Shown: positions 7,838 through 17,638, numbered from the stretch's first letter. The stretch is DNA of 64,000 nucleotides from a virus (IMGVR_UViG_3300005611_001698:64001-128000); one strand, 5' to 3'. Notes: a model not told the origin generated them from the sequence alone. Program-made: numbers and translations.

Positions 7838-10115
7838 ATTCCCCTTCGTTAGCGTTTTCTAATTCTACCATCAAAGCTTCCAGTTTGGAAGACTTATCTT
7901 CTACCTCATCAGTCTTTTGATCGTGAGTGTTCTGATAGTAGGATGTCTTCCATCCATACTTGTATGTAGTTAAAAGATCATTTGCCATGACTGATGTAGG
8001 AACTTCACCATCAGGATAGTGCTCTGGATTATAAGACCAATTACCACTGATAGCTTGGTCAAAGAATTTTTGCATCATAGCAACAACATTGATATAACCA
8101 GTGTTATTAGGCATATCCCAAAGAAGAGTATAGTTGTTTTTGAGATGCGAATACCCAGGAACAATCTGTTTAAGAGGTCCTTTCTTGGATTTCTTAATGG
8201 ACAAATAATCTCTGGGTGGTTCGATTCCATTGGTTGCATTTGACACAACGGAACTGCTCTCCGATGGCATCTGTGCGGACAATGTACTGTGTCGCAGTCC
8301 GAACTCTTTGATAGAATCTCGTAAACTATCCCAATCATGCTGCAACTCTGGATTAGCAATATCGTCTACATCTTTTTTGTAAGTGTCGATTGGAAGAATA
8401 CCATCAGCATACTTAGTACGACCAAAGTATTCACAATGACCTTTCTCCCTTGCAAGTTGATTTGATGCTTTCAGGAGATAATACTGGAAGGATTCTGCTA
8501 GTTTATGAACTGCATCCCATGCCCCTAAGGAATCGTAATTAAATCCAAGTTTGGCAAGATAATGTGCAAGACCAATAAATCCAATACCAAGTGATCTACG
8601 TGCCTTAGTACAGATCTCTGCTGCTTTAATTGGGTATTCTTGATAGTCAATCAACTCATCAAGACCACGAACAGAAAGATCACATAAGTTTTCAAGTTCT
8701 TCATCAGACTTCACTTTACCAACATTAATCGCAGAGAGAATACAGAGAGCAATCTCACCCATTTCATCATCAATATGTTGAAGAGGAACCGTTGGCAGAG
8801 TGATTTCTTGACAAAGATTACTCATCTCAACCTTATCTTTAAAAGAAGAGTGTGAGTTGCAGTGATCGATGTTCATGATATAGATTCGACCCGTCTCTGC
8901 TCTCTCTTTCAGGAGGTCCAGAATGAGTTCCTGAGCTTTGACAGTCTTTCTTGGAACAGAGTTATCTGATTCATAACCCACATAAAGGTCGTCAAATCGA
9001 TCAGTACCAAAAGCATCATACAAACCAGGAACATCGTGGGGAGAGAAGAGTGAGATCTCTCCATCTTGGATGAATCGTTCATAGAAGATTTTGCTGATCT
9101 GGATACTGTAATCTAGTTTACGAACACGATTGTCCTCAGTTCCTTTGTTGTTTTTGAGAACAATGATATCCTCTATTTCTTGGTGCCAGATTGGAAAGTG
9201 GACAGTTGCGCTTCCACCTCGGATGCCATTTTGAGTGCAGCATCGGACAGTTGCTTCAAACTTTTTAAGGAAAGGGACAACGCCTGTATGCTGAACTTCG
9301 CCACCTCTGATTTTACTGTTGATGCCCCTGATGCGACCTGCGTTGATACCGATGCCCGCCCTTTGTGCAACATATCTGCCGATAGCCATATCACTAGTAA
9401 AGATACTATCGAGGGTGTCATCAACATCAACAAGAACACAGCTAGCAAATTGTCGAAGTGGAGTTCGCACTCCCGCCATGATAGGTGTGGGAATGTTGAT
9501 TTTGTGTTTTGAGATTGCGTTGTAGTAGCGTCGGACATAATCGAGACGTGTTTCCTTAGGGTAGTCTTGGAAGATCGTCAGGGCAATCATGATGTACATA
9601 AACTGTGGCGTTTCATATACTGCGCCACTGCTTCTGTCCTGCACAAGATACTTGTCAACGACCTGACGTAAACCCGCATAAGTGAAAAGATAGTCACGAT
9701 GATGATCGATAAACGAATCAATTTTATCAATCTCTTCCTGAGAGTATTTAACAAAAACCTCTTTGTCATAAAGACCTTGATATGCAAGTTTTGTAATATG
9801 TTCGCTTAGTGAAGGAATATCATCAATACAGTTATACAGGGATTTTCTAAGAGAAAACAGCAGTAACCTTGCAGCAACATATTGATAGTTGGGATGATCC
9901 AAATCGATCAAATCTGATGCAGCACGAATCAAGATTTTTTGAATCTCTGCCGTAGTAATACCATCATAGAACTGAATACCAGACTTCATCTCAACTTGAC
10001 TTGCAGAGACGCCTGCAAGACCCTCACATGCCTTGCCAACCATCAAGTGCATCTTATCTAAGTCGAGTGGTTCAATTCTACCATCTCTCTTTTTTACTTC
10101 GATACCGTTGCTCAT
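7818..10115 (-). CDS. nrdA: Ribonucleotide reductase class Ia alpha subunit
   Basis: ATP cone, PTPIMAG, SNLCQEI, C-terminal CESC. Confidence 0.98.
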   Translation of the reverse strand: MSNGIEVKKRDGRIEPLDLDKMHLMVGKACEGLAGVSASQVEMKSGIQFYDGITTAEIQKILIRAASDLIDLDHPNYQYVAARLLLFSLRKSLYNCIDDIPSLSEHITKLAYQGLYDKEVFVKYSQEEIDKIDSFIDHHRDYLFTYAGLRQVVDKYLVQDRSSGAVYETPQFMYIMIALTIFQDYPKETRLDYVRRYYNAISKHKINIPTPIMAGVRTPLRQFASCVLVDVDDTLDSIFTSDMAIGRYVAQRAGIGINAGRIRGINSKIRGGEVQHTGVVPFLKKFEATVRCCTQNGIRGGSATVHFPIWHQEIEDIIVLKNNKGTEDNRVRKLDYSIQISKIFYERFIQDGEISLFSPHDVPGLYDAFGTDRFDDLYVGYESDNSVPRKTVKAQELILDLLKERAETGRIYIMNIDHCNSHSSFKDKVEMSNLCQEITLPTVPLQHIDDEMGEIALCILSAINVGKVKSDEELENLCDLSVRGLDELIDYQEYPIKAAEICTKARRSLGIGFIGLAHYLAKLGFNYDSLGAWDAVHKLAESFQYYLLKASNQLAREKGHCEYFGRTKYADGILPIDTYKKDVDDIANPELQHDWDSLRDSIKEFGLRHSTLSAQMPSESSSVVSNATNGIEPPRDYLSIKKSKKGPLKQIVPGYSHLKNNYTLLWDMPNNTGYINVVAMMQKFFDQAISGNWSYNPEHYPDGEVPTSVMANDLLTTYKYGWKTSYYQNTHDQKTDEVEDKSSKLEALMVELENANEGECESCAV

Positions 10116-11080
10116 ATTTTTTTCCAAAGATTAAATTTGAGTTGTGCTTCTAAACCAGAATAGGTGTTTGATTCTATCATTTTCCGAACATCATGTCCAG
10201 CCATAACCATATCATTAATATCCTTTTCTTCAATTGAAGAAGGCCAAATGACTATCTTATCTCCTCGCTGTATAGTCTTAGCGATACGTTGTAAGATTTC
10301 TCGATTGCGTGGTTCGTTATCATAGATCCAAACAGGATCGCTAATCCCCCACTTACTAATATCAGCATCAGCTCCACACATAGCAATCGCATTGCAAAGG
10401 AACGTGCTATCAAATGGTCCTTCTGTAATATAGATTGGTTTTGATCGATCAATTTCATCAAGTCCATAAATTTTTGGCGCATCATCATCAAGCATGATAG
10501 TGATATATTTAACCTTGCTAGGACCTAAGGATCTCCCTTGGAATCCAACTAAGTTATTCTCATAAAACAGAGGAATTATAATGCGAGGTTCATCATGTCT
10601 CACATCTTCAAATGTTTCTTTGTGTGAATTGACAAATGCCTTGAAGTTCTCAGCAAAATAAAACTTGGAGGGATCGATCATCCTAGCAGTGAGATAACCA
10701 CTTGCACTAGAATTCTCTGATGCCCTAGGTAAATTTATCTTCTTTTTAAAGATTGGTTTTTCAAAGTTGAACTGTGGATTTTCTATGATGGTTGCTTTAC
10801 CAGTCTTCCCATCTTTAAACTTCTCAAAGACATATTGTTTCTGGATCATTGGATCCAGTTGCTTTAAAAAGTTATTGAATGTCATAGATACGCCACAGTT
10901 ATGACATTTGAAGTTAGTATCTCTCTTCATTGAATAGAGATACCCTCTGGTCTTTGATTTACTTTTTTTAGAGTCTCCGCAGAGAGGGCAACGAAAATTA
11001 AATAAATCTGCTTTGACTCTTTTAAACTTTTCTAATCTACAAGATATAATTCCAATGTATTTTGAATCAATGTGATCCAT
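10112..11080 (-). CDS. gp61: DNA primase gp61
   Basis: CPLCGDS...CHNC zinc ribbon; EGPFDS TOPRIM; DNEPRN, KDINDM. Confidence 0.96.
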   Translation of the reverse strand: MDHIDSKYIGIISCRLEKFKRVKADLFNFRCPLCGDSKKSKSKTRGYLYSMKRDTNFKCHNCGVSMTFNNFLKQLDPMIQKQYVFEKFKDGKTGKATIIENPQFNFEKPIFKKKINLPRASENSSASGYLTARMIDPSKFYFAENFKAFVNSHKETFEDVRHDEPRIIIPLFYENNLVGFQGRSLGPSKVKYITIMLDDDAPKIYGLDEIDRSKPIYITEGPFDSTFLCNAIAMCGADADISKWGISDPVWIYDNEPRNREILQRIAKTIQRGDKIVIWPSSIEEKDINDMVMAGHDVRKMIESNTYSGLEAQLKFNLWKKI

Positions 11081-11468
11081 TCACAACGGTTGCCACTGGG
11101 GATATCATAGCACTTTCAGCACTGGAAATCAAGGGTTTTAGAGTTTTGATTGCCTGTGGATTTGTTGTTGCTATAATTGCTCCCAATACTCCGATAGCAA
11201 TCCAAAGTTTCCGTTCCAGTTTTGATAATCTTGCAACGACGCCGTTATGATCGCTGTCCATTTTATCACGGAGTTTGTCGATTTTATCAAATAATACTGA
11301 GTCCATTTCTTCTTGTTTTGATATTCTTTCTTCATGGACGGCAAGCATCCGCGACACATTATTATTTACCTCAGCAATCTTTTCAATGGCAGCATCTAAC
11401 TTGGAAACAACAGACTCAAAGTTTTGCAGTTTTTCTTCTAAAATAGCAACCTTTACTTGTTCTGCCAT
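11067..11468 (-). CDS. Coiled-coil protein with C-terminal TM segment
   Basis: Heptad-rich N-terminal part then hydrophobic segment. Confidence 0.75.
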   Translation of the reverse strand: MAEQVKVAILEEKLQNFESVVSKLDAAIEKIAEVNNNVSRMLAVHEERISKQEEMDSVLFDKIDKLRDKMDSDHNGVVARLSKLERKLWIAIGVLGAIIATTNPQAIKTLKPLISSAESAMISPVATVVNGSH

Positions 11469-11644
11469 CTTTTACGGCTCCCGATTCCTAGTGAAAGATA
11501 AGTTTTTTTCTTTAATCTTTTTCTCACCGGAGGATCATCGCCAGCTTCAACAGTTCCCGCAATATTTCCACTGCCCACATTTACTGTTGGTGCCTCTTCC
11601 CTGAAATATTCAAGTATTTTATTCAGTATCTTGTCCTTGTCCAT
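11453..11644 (-). CDS. Hypothetical protein
   Basis: In-operon ORF; EEAPT..GSGNIAG motif. Confidence 0.65.
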   Translation of the reverse strand: MDKDKILNKILEYFREEAPTVNVGSGNIAGTVEAGDDPPVRKRLKKKTYLSLGIGSRKRWQNK

Positions 11645-12017
11645 TGTATTCCAGTTGAAGGAGTCTAAAACATTCTAGATCAACTTTAATATCATGAATA
11701 TAACTTTTTGGAGTTTGAGGAAAACGGTTCAAGAATAATAAAAAAGATTTCATCGTTGGCCAAAGATCTCTATCAATCTTGTAAAATAAAAGAGGAATAG
11801 TAGCATCCCCAAAAATATTAAACAAAATAATAAAGTGATTAACCAGAAGATGAGATTTAAGTTCTCCTGTTTTTTTGAAACGTTTCAATAATCTTTTGAT
11901 ATATTTGAAACGTTTCAAATCATCCAAAAAGTCTTCTTTGGTTACAGAATGTGGATTCTCATAATGACGAATTGCAAAAAGCATGTAATTGTCATCATTT
12001 AATTCACGAAATATCAT
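11619..12017 (-). CDS. Conserved T4-like hypothetical protein
   Basis: FAIRHYENP...DDLKRFKYIKRL motif typical of T4-like phages. Confidence 0.8.
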   Translation of the reverse strand: MIFRELNDDNYMLFAIRHYENPHSVTKEDFLDDLKRFKYIKRLLKRFKKTGELKSHLLVNHFIILFNIFGDATIPLLFYKIDRDLWPTMKSFLLFLNRFPQTPKSYIHDIKVDLECFRLLQLEYNGQGQDTE

Positions 12018-12023
12018 TCTTCA

Positions 12024-12572
12024 TCAGACGTAGTTAGGATATGGTTCGTTACCAGTCTGAATACCAGACATAGCAACAAGAACCTCAGTCTTGACTCTTA
12101 GGTTGCCGTGATTATCAGTATAGGTCTGAACACCAACCCAACCAGAGTGGGCAGGACGATATCCAGTAGCAGTTGCAAGACCTTGATATCCAATGGTCAT
12201 GGCAGTTGAACCAACGCCAAAGTATCTTGCAGTTGCAATACCAGATGTTCTTGCCTCAGCAACGGCAAGGGGATCCTCATCCAGAGACTTAGGCATTGTG
12301 GTGAGCGAGTAAGCAACACCAGCAATGGCACCGGTGGCATCAGGAATCAGAGCAGCAGTCGTTCCAATCGCAACAACTGTGGTGCTTGATACACTAACGA
12401 TCTGAGCAAAACCACAAGTGGCACCAAGACCAAGTTTAATCATTGGTGAATCAGTTCCGATTCCTGCCTCAAAGGGACCAGGTTCAATAGTAATAGTATT
12501 AGCAGCGAGATCAACAGTGGCGATACCTACGGCAACCGACTGAAAATTGTCTCTATCTCCCCAAAGAGCCAT
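12024..12572 (-). CDS. Probable virion structural protein
   Basis: MALWG start, HSGWV...RVKTEVLVAMS end; TATAAATA at 12600-12607. Confidence 0.7.
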   Translation of the reverse strand: MALWGDRDNFQSVAVGIATVDLAANTITIEPGPFEAGIGTDSPMIKLGLGATCGFAQIVSVSSTTVVAIGTTAALIPDATGAIAGVAYSLTTMPKSLDEDPLAVAEARTSGIATARYFGVGSTAMTIGYQGLATATGYRPAHSGWVGVQTYTDNHGNLRVKTEVLVAMSGIQTGNEPYPNYV

Positions 12573-12606
12573 TTCTTTACCTAAAAGATTTCCTAAACAT
12601 ATTTAT

Positions 12607-12640
12607 AAAAATAGGAGACCTTAAAGTTTAGGTCTCCTAT
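12607..12640 (-). terminator. Rho-independent terminator overlapping a late promoter
   Basis: ATAGGAGACCT/AGGTCTCCTAT 11-bp stem followed by T-run on minus strand. Confidence 0.8.
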
Positions 12641-12668
12641 GATTGTACCAGTTTAAAAATTCAACCTT

Positions 12669-12875
12669 TCAGTTGATCTCTTCTCTGGATTTAATTGACT
12701 TGGTTACAACTTCTAAAAGTTGATCATCCATTTCTGTTTTGGTCAGTTTAACTGCCTTGCCGAGAATAACTAAACAAATCTCGATGAGTTTTTCGCCAAG
12801 TTCCTCATTATCAGGAATCTTAGCAACTGCATCTGCAACAATCTTAGATGCTAATGGAAGTAAAAAAGATAACAT
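12669..12875 (-). CDS. Hypothetical protein
   Basis: 68-aa ORF, T..DDQL motif. Confidence 0.7.
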   Translation of the reverse strand: MLSFLLPLASKIVADAVAKIPDNEELGEKLIEICLVILGKAVKLTKTEMDDQLLEVVTKSIKSREEIN

Positions 12876-12923
12876 GATTCTAAAAAATACACCTCATCTT
12901 ATATAGCAAAAAGACTGATTAAA

Positions 12924-13034
12924 TCACTCCTTTGTTTCCAGGTATGCAATCCTCATGATATATCCAATAGATAGTCCAGTAAGAATAAGGAGAATCAATA
13001 CTAAAATATTAACAGACCAAACAACATTAGACAT
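12924..13034 (-). CDS. 36-aa membrane peptide, absent from ORF track
   Basis: MSNVVWSVNILVLILLILTGLSIGYIMRIAYLETKE; TGATG-coupled. Confidence 0.65.
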   Translation of the reverse strand: MSNVVWSVNILVLILLILTGLSIGYIMRIAYLETKE

Positions 13035-14629
13035 CAGTCAAATCTTGAAGACATACTATTTTGTGATCTTTTAGCAGCAGCACGTTTTGCAGCAAGTTTT
13101 TGAGCAGGAGATCTAGGTGCTCCAAACTCACCAGCAACTGGTGGTTTCTTACCTGGTTCCTTCTTTACTCCTCTTGGTTGAACGCCAAATCTAGATGATC
13201 CCATCATTTTAGATACTGCTTTAAATGCAGCACTTGGTTCGGCAGGTCTTGGTTTGCCCTTGTCCTCTCTTCTTCTCTCATCAATCTGCTCAACTTCTTC
13301 CTTTGCAACTTTCTTTTCAGGAAGACCTTTGTGCTTGGTTCCAGCAAAATCCTTTGCTTGTTTTTTAGTCATGCCGGCAGCAGCTTTGGCAATCTCAGGT
13401 GATGCTGGCGTTTCGCCTTTCTTCGCCGCATAAACTGCTCCCATAAATCTTTGCTGCGCCTTAGAAAGTGCCTTTTCATCAAGTTGCTCCGATTCTTCTC
13501 CAACCATTTTGTATCTCTTATCTCCTGCTTTATACTTTTGATAAGCAGGAGTGTTTGCTTTCTTATCAGCATTGGTGACAGTCATGCGCTTATCAGTAGC
13601 AGCACCAGATCTTTCTGCTTGTTTACGCTTAGCATATTGCATGTAGGACTCACCAGGTCTCAAAGAACCTTCATCAAGTTCAATGAATTCAACAATCTCA
13701 GCACCTAACTCATGAGCGATTGCTTCCAGTTTCAGTTCTGGATCAATGACAACTTTATTCTTGACTTTTTTTTCCTTGATCTGTTTATCTTGTTCTTCTG
13801 TATCAACGATTTCACGAAGATCATCTCTCCAATTAGAAAAAGATTCTTTCTTTACACCAGTATAAAGTCTTTTTTTACCATCAGGAGTAGGTACAAACTC
13901 TCCCATAGGACCAGCCTTAGGATCATTTTTATCTACATCCCCATCAACATCAGCATCAATTCTCTTGGTTGCTTTTGATGCCATGCCCTTCAAAGATTTG
14001 CCACCGATCTTTTCTTCTTGTTCAGACATTCCTTTCTTCTTGGCAATTGCTTTACCGATTGCCTTACGACGCTTGTGCAGATACTTATCAGACTTATCTA
14101 CATCACCATCGTTATCGATGTCCTTATCTTCCTTACCAACAGGATCCAGTGTTTCTTTTACATTCTCAACTTCTTCATTAGTTGGAGGGGGAGGAAGTTT
14201 CTTTCCCTTTAATTTTCCTTGTGCTTGAAGTTTTCTATCATAAGCAAAGACATCAACCTTGTTCTTTTTCTTCGCAGCATCTATACGAGCAGCACCCTTA
14301 GGGTCAATCATCTCATCAACGTTCTCAACTTCTTCTTTATAGTTATCACGTGCCTTGATATCTGCCATCTTGGAGAAACGCTCTTTTTCCTTTTGGCGAG
14401 TGATTGCAGAAACAATCTTACCAGACTTATTCATCGCATCTTCTTTCTTCTTACCCCTAGAAGAAAGTGCAGTACGTGCCAAGTTACCAGCACGGCGATA
14501 CATCTTATTCTCTTTCTCGCGGTCAATCTCCTTATAACCCTCTTCTACCTCATGAGACTGAGGATTATTCATTTCAGCATAAAGCGCGTTCAGTTCTTGA
14601 ACTGCCTTGCGACTTGCGTGGATATCCAT
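13034..14629 (-). CDS. Modular basic/acidic protein, putative internal-head polyprotein
   Basis: Lys/Arg-rich modules separated by EEVE(N/Q)(V/I)xE linkers; two DxDxDG loops; CATAAATA upstream. Confidence 0.7.
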   Translation of the reverse strand: MDIHASRKAVQELNALYAEMNNPQSHEVEEGYKEIDREKENKMYRRAGNLARTALSSRGKKKEDAMNKSGKIVSAITRQKEKERFSKMADIKARDNYKEEVENVDEMIDPKGAARIDAAKKKNKVDVFAYDRKLQAQGKLKGKKLPPPPTNEEVENVKETLDPVGKEDKDIDNDGDVDKSDKYLHKRRKAIGKAIAKKKGMSEQEEKIGGKSLKGMASKATKRIDADVDGDVDKNDPKAGPMGEFVPTPDGKKRLYTGVKKESFSNWRDDLREIVDTEEQDKQIKEKKVKNKVVIDPELKLEAIAHELGAEIVEFIELDEGSLRPGESYMQYAKRKQAERSGAATDKRMTVTNADKKANTPAYQKYKAGDKRYKMVGEESEQLDEKALSKAQQRFMGAVYAAKKGETPASPEIAKAAAGMTKKQAKDFAGTKHKGLPEKKVAKEEVEQIDERRREDKGKPRPAEPSAAFKAVSKMMGSSRFGVQPRGVKKEPGKKPPVAGEFGAPRSPAQKLAAKRAAAKRSQNSMSSRFD

Positions 14630-14636
14630 GAATTGA

Positions 14637-15848
14637 TTAAGATTTCTTCTTATACTTATTTATGAAATTCTTGATTGCCTTAGTATCAGTCATTCTCATT
14701 GCATACTTTCTAAAAGCATCTGTTCCAACCAATCTCTGATCCGAAGGAACCCCAGATTGTTCTGTATATTCATTGAGATCACGAATCCAAGATTTAAACA
14801 TTAAGTTATCTTCGGTCACACAGATCAAATGATTTGTTCCTCTACGAATAATCTTACCAATCAATCCAGTATTAAGATTCTCTACAAAATCACCGACTTT
14901 GAAGATTAGTTCATTAACATAATTTTCTCTGAGACCTTTCCAATCAAGTTTAGGTGCAAACTGCCATGTTTCCATAGCAACCTTTGACTTGATTTCCATC
15001 TTCTTGCGGATGGTGTTAAAAAGTTTCATTGCATCTTCATCATCTAAGGCTTTGGGAACTCCCGTTTTGAACGCCTTGAAATCTCCATCAGCAGCTGCTT
15101 TTCTAAGTTTAGAGGCAGACATGCCTTCGACACCCTCAGCATCGGGATCGCGTTCCCCTGCTGACACAACGTTAATCTCATCAAAGTCGTAGAGTTCGCC
15201 GTTATACTTAGTTGCGAGTTTCTCAAACTCTGCCTGTCTATCAGCACCAACCATGATGTTGATGCTACCGTATCCGTCCTCATCTGCTTGCTTTAATACG
15301 TCGAATATGCTTTTCATATCCTCATCGTTAATGATCCTTTCACCATGATCTGGATACATTCTCCTCATGTAAGAAATCTTTTCATCAGGAGAAAGAGGAT
15401 TCTTTTTAGGATCTTCTGAACGTGATGGATATATCTTGTATGCCCCACCTGCTGCTTGTCTTTTTGCAGCATTTAACAGTTTTTCGTGACCGACCGTAGG
15501 AGGGTTGAACCTTCCAAATACAACAGTGAGAGTCTCTCCCTCTCTTTCTTCTGAACCCTCAGATTCTCCGTCACCAGAAGGACGACGTGGTTCAGGTCTT
15601 TCTTGTGCTGCTGGTTCTGCATCTTTTTGTGGAGCGGCAGCAGCACGTTGTTGTTGAGGTTGTGGTTCTTCTTCTTTCGGTCCTCTCTCTTTACTCAGAA
15701 GAAGATCACCTTTATAAGTTCTACCTCTGTATTTTCCTTGACGATCATACCAGTTTCCATGTCCATCCGAAACTAATCCCAGACGCTTTGCTTTTTCAAC
15801 AGCGCGTGAGATTACTGCTTCTTGAATGAATGCCGAAAACGTTTTCAT
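14637..15848 (-). CDS. Cytidylyltransferase-like (HIGH superfamily) protein
   Basis: FGRFNPPTVGHEKL and MSASKLR motifs; N-terminus MKTFSAFIQE. Confidence 0.85.
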   Translation of the reverse strand: MKTFSAFIQEAVISRAVEKAKRLGLVSDGHGNWYDRQGKYRGRTYKGDLLLSKERGPKEEEPQPQQQRAAAAPQKDAEPAAQERPEPRRPSGDGESEGSEEREGETLTVVFGRFNPPTVGHEKLLNAAKRQAAGGAYKIYPSRSEDPKKNPLSPDEKISYMRRMYPDHGERIINDEDMKSIFDVLKQADEDGYGSINIMVGADRQAEFEKLATKYNGELYDFDEINVVSAGERDPDAEGVEGMSASKLRKAAADGDFKAFKTGVPKALDDEDAMKLFNTIRKKMEIKSKVAMETWQFAPKLDWKGLRENYVNELIFKVGDFVENLNTGLIGKIIRRGTNHLICVTEDNLMFKSWIRDLNEYTEQSGVPSDQRLVGTDAFRKYAMRMTDTKAIKNFINKYKKKS

Positions 15849-15877
15849 TTATTAGTATCCTTCTTAACTATTATTTA

Positions 15878-17053
15878 TCAATATATTTTTAGGAAAGGAC
15901 CATTTGATGATCCAAACTCTTTTTTTGCTCCGTAATAAAGAACACGGCACCAGTCTTTCATTTTTTTCTTTTTAGCAATCTGAACCCAACAGTTTGCCCA
16001 TTCCATAGCGATTAATTTTGAAGAGAATCTACCACCAGAACTTCTATCAGCTCCCGCAGTTTCATATATGATAGCACTCTCTAAAACATCAGAGAATTCA
16101 TCTCCCACTTTCTGTCCATTTTGGTAAACTGCAACTTCACCAAAGTCAATCATTCTGTTGTTCTTTAATTTATTATACAAATCAACCCAATATTTTTTGT
16201 CAACATCAGTCCATTTACCAACAGGAGGGATATGTGGATGTTTTGTGGCAGAAGATGGTCTTGTCATGTTCATGCCCTTAAAAAATTTATCCAGGGCAAC
16301 ACTTGACACCTTTCCAAGTTTAGCACCAGCATCCTTTCCCTTGGGAGTCAAGTCTGTTTGTACCAGATTTCTTGCTTTTGAATACTGAAAGTTTCTAGAC
16401 TGTCCATGAATCTTACCACCAGTTTCTGATTGAATGTCAAATCCAAGTTCACCAGTATCAAACAAATAATCTTTCTTTTTTCCAAGAGTAAGAGTACACT
16501 TTAAAGAACCAGGAACGAGATCAAGTCTAACTCTTGCACTTTTATCACCACCAAGATTAGCAAGTTCAACACTTGCTGTCTTTTTTGTTTTTGAAATAGC
16601 TTTGAGAGAAACCCCAATCAATACTTTTTCTTTCAGAGTTTCTTTCATATATGCATTTAAAAGAGACAGTTTTGCCTCTTTACTCATACCCTCAATATTA
16701 GTGAGTTCTTTTATTGTTCCTTCTACTGTCTTCTTCAAGGTCTTTTTGACCATCACGATATCCATTGGATTCCATCTATCTTTTACACTAACTCCACACT
16801 CAGATTTAGCGATATCTTCAATGTAAGGCATGATTCCATTGTCTCTGGAATACTCATAACCTTTTGATGATCCAAGAAACTTCTTTAATGCAGTTGCTTG
16901 CTTTTCATATGTTGATTTCCATTCTGCGTTATATCCATCATACACTCTTAACATCTCAGAGTCGGATGGAAGTTTTCCTCTCTCTATGTAAGATTCAAAG
17001 AAAACTCTGGATCCGTTCTCTTGCTTTGCAGTTTCTATCGCGTTGGTCGCCAT
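15878..17053 (-). CDS. Uncharacterised nuclease-like protein (putative PD-(D/E)XK variant)
   Basis: QENGS...WNPMDI...GVSLK motifs; homologous to 24781-26226. Confidence 0.6.
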   Translation of the reverse strand: MATNAIETAKQENGSRVFFESYIERGKLPSDSEMLRVYDGYNAEWKSTYEKQATALKKFLGSSKGYEYSRDNGIMPYIEDIAKSECGVSVKDRWNPMDIVMVKKTLKKTVEGTIKELTNIEGMSKEAKLSLLNAYMKETLKEKVLIGVSLKAISKTKKTASVELANLGGDKSARVRLDLVPGSLKCTLTLGKKKDYLFDTGELGFDIQSETGGKIHGQSRNFQYSKARNLVQTDLTPKGKDAGAKLGKVSSVALDKFFKGMNMTRPSSATKHPHIPPVGKWTDVDKKYWVDLYNKLKNNRMIDFGEVAVYQNGQKVGDEFSDVLESAIIYETAGADRSSGGRFSSKLIAMEWANCWVQIAKKKKMKDWCRVLYYGAKKEFGSSNGPFLKIY

Positions 17054-17080
17054 AGTTCTTTTTAGAACTATTTAGAATCA

Positions 17081-17638
17081 TCAACGACCCATTTGCTTGG
17101 CATACCACTTCTCAAAGTCCTCTCTACGCTTATCACCTCTTGGTGGCATAGGAGTTTTTTCTCCACGAACAGGAGCATACTTTTTATCTTCCTTCTCACC
17201 TTTCTCAGGATTGCGTTGATAACCTTCGGAGAAAGTGAATTGAGCAACAAGAGCATATGCTTCTTGCTCTGTGTGTCCTCTCTCAACCAATGACTCAATA
17301 ATTTGATCGAGTTCAAACTCCTCTTTCTTTAAGTTTGCTTTACGATATTGAAGATCAGCACGGGTGCCACGGTCCATCCTACCCTGAGACTTGGGTTTGG
17401 TCTTGCCACCTACATCAGGTTGCATACCTGGGTTTGCTGCCTTGACTCTGCGACCATGAGTATATTCGGCACCACTCATCTTGGAGTCACCAGAGACCAT
17501 CTTACCACCTTGGGAGCGAGAGTCAGCATACTCTTTATCAGATTGGCCATGCTTACCCTTATAAACTTCCTCTACTTCTTGGGGAGCATAAACATCACCA
17601 TATGCTTCCATCAATGCCTTTACTTCTTTAAGATTCAT
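17081..17638 (-). CDS. Modular basic/acidic hypothetical protein
   Basis: Basic modules flanked by VEE, LVE, FSE; CTAAATA upstream near 17667. Confidence 0.7.
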   Translation of the reverse strand: MNLKEVKALMEAYGDVYAPQEVEEVYKGKHGQSDKEYADSRSQGGKMVSGDSKMSGAEYTHGRRVKAANPGMQPDVGGKTKPKSQGRMDRGTRADLQYRKANLKKEEFELDQIIESLVERGHTEQEAYALVAQFTFSEGYQRNPEKGEKEDKKYAPVRGEKTPMPPRGDKRREDFEKWYAKQMGR

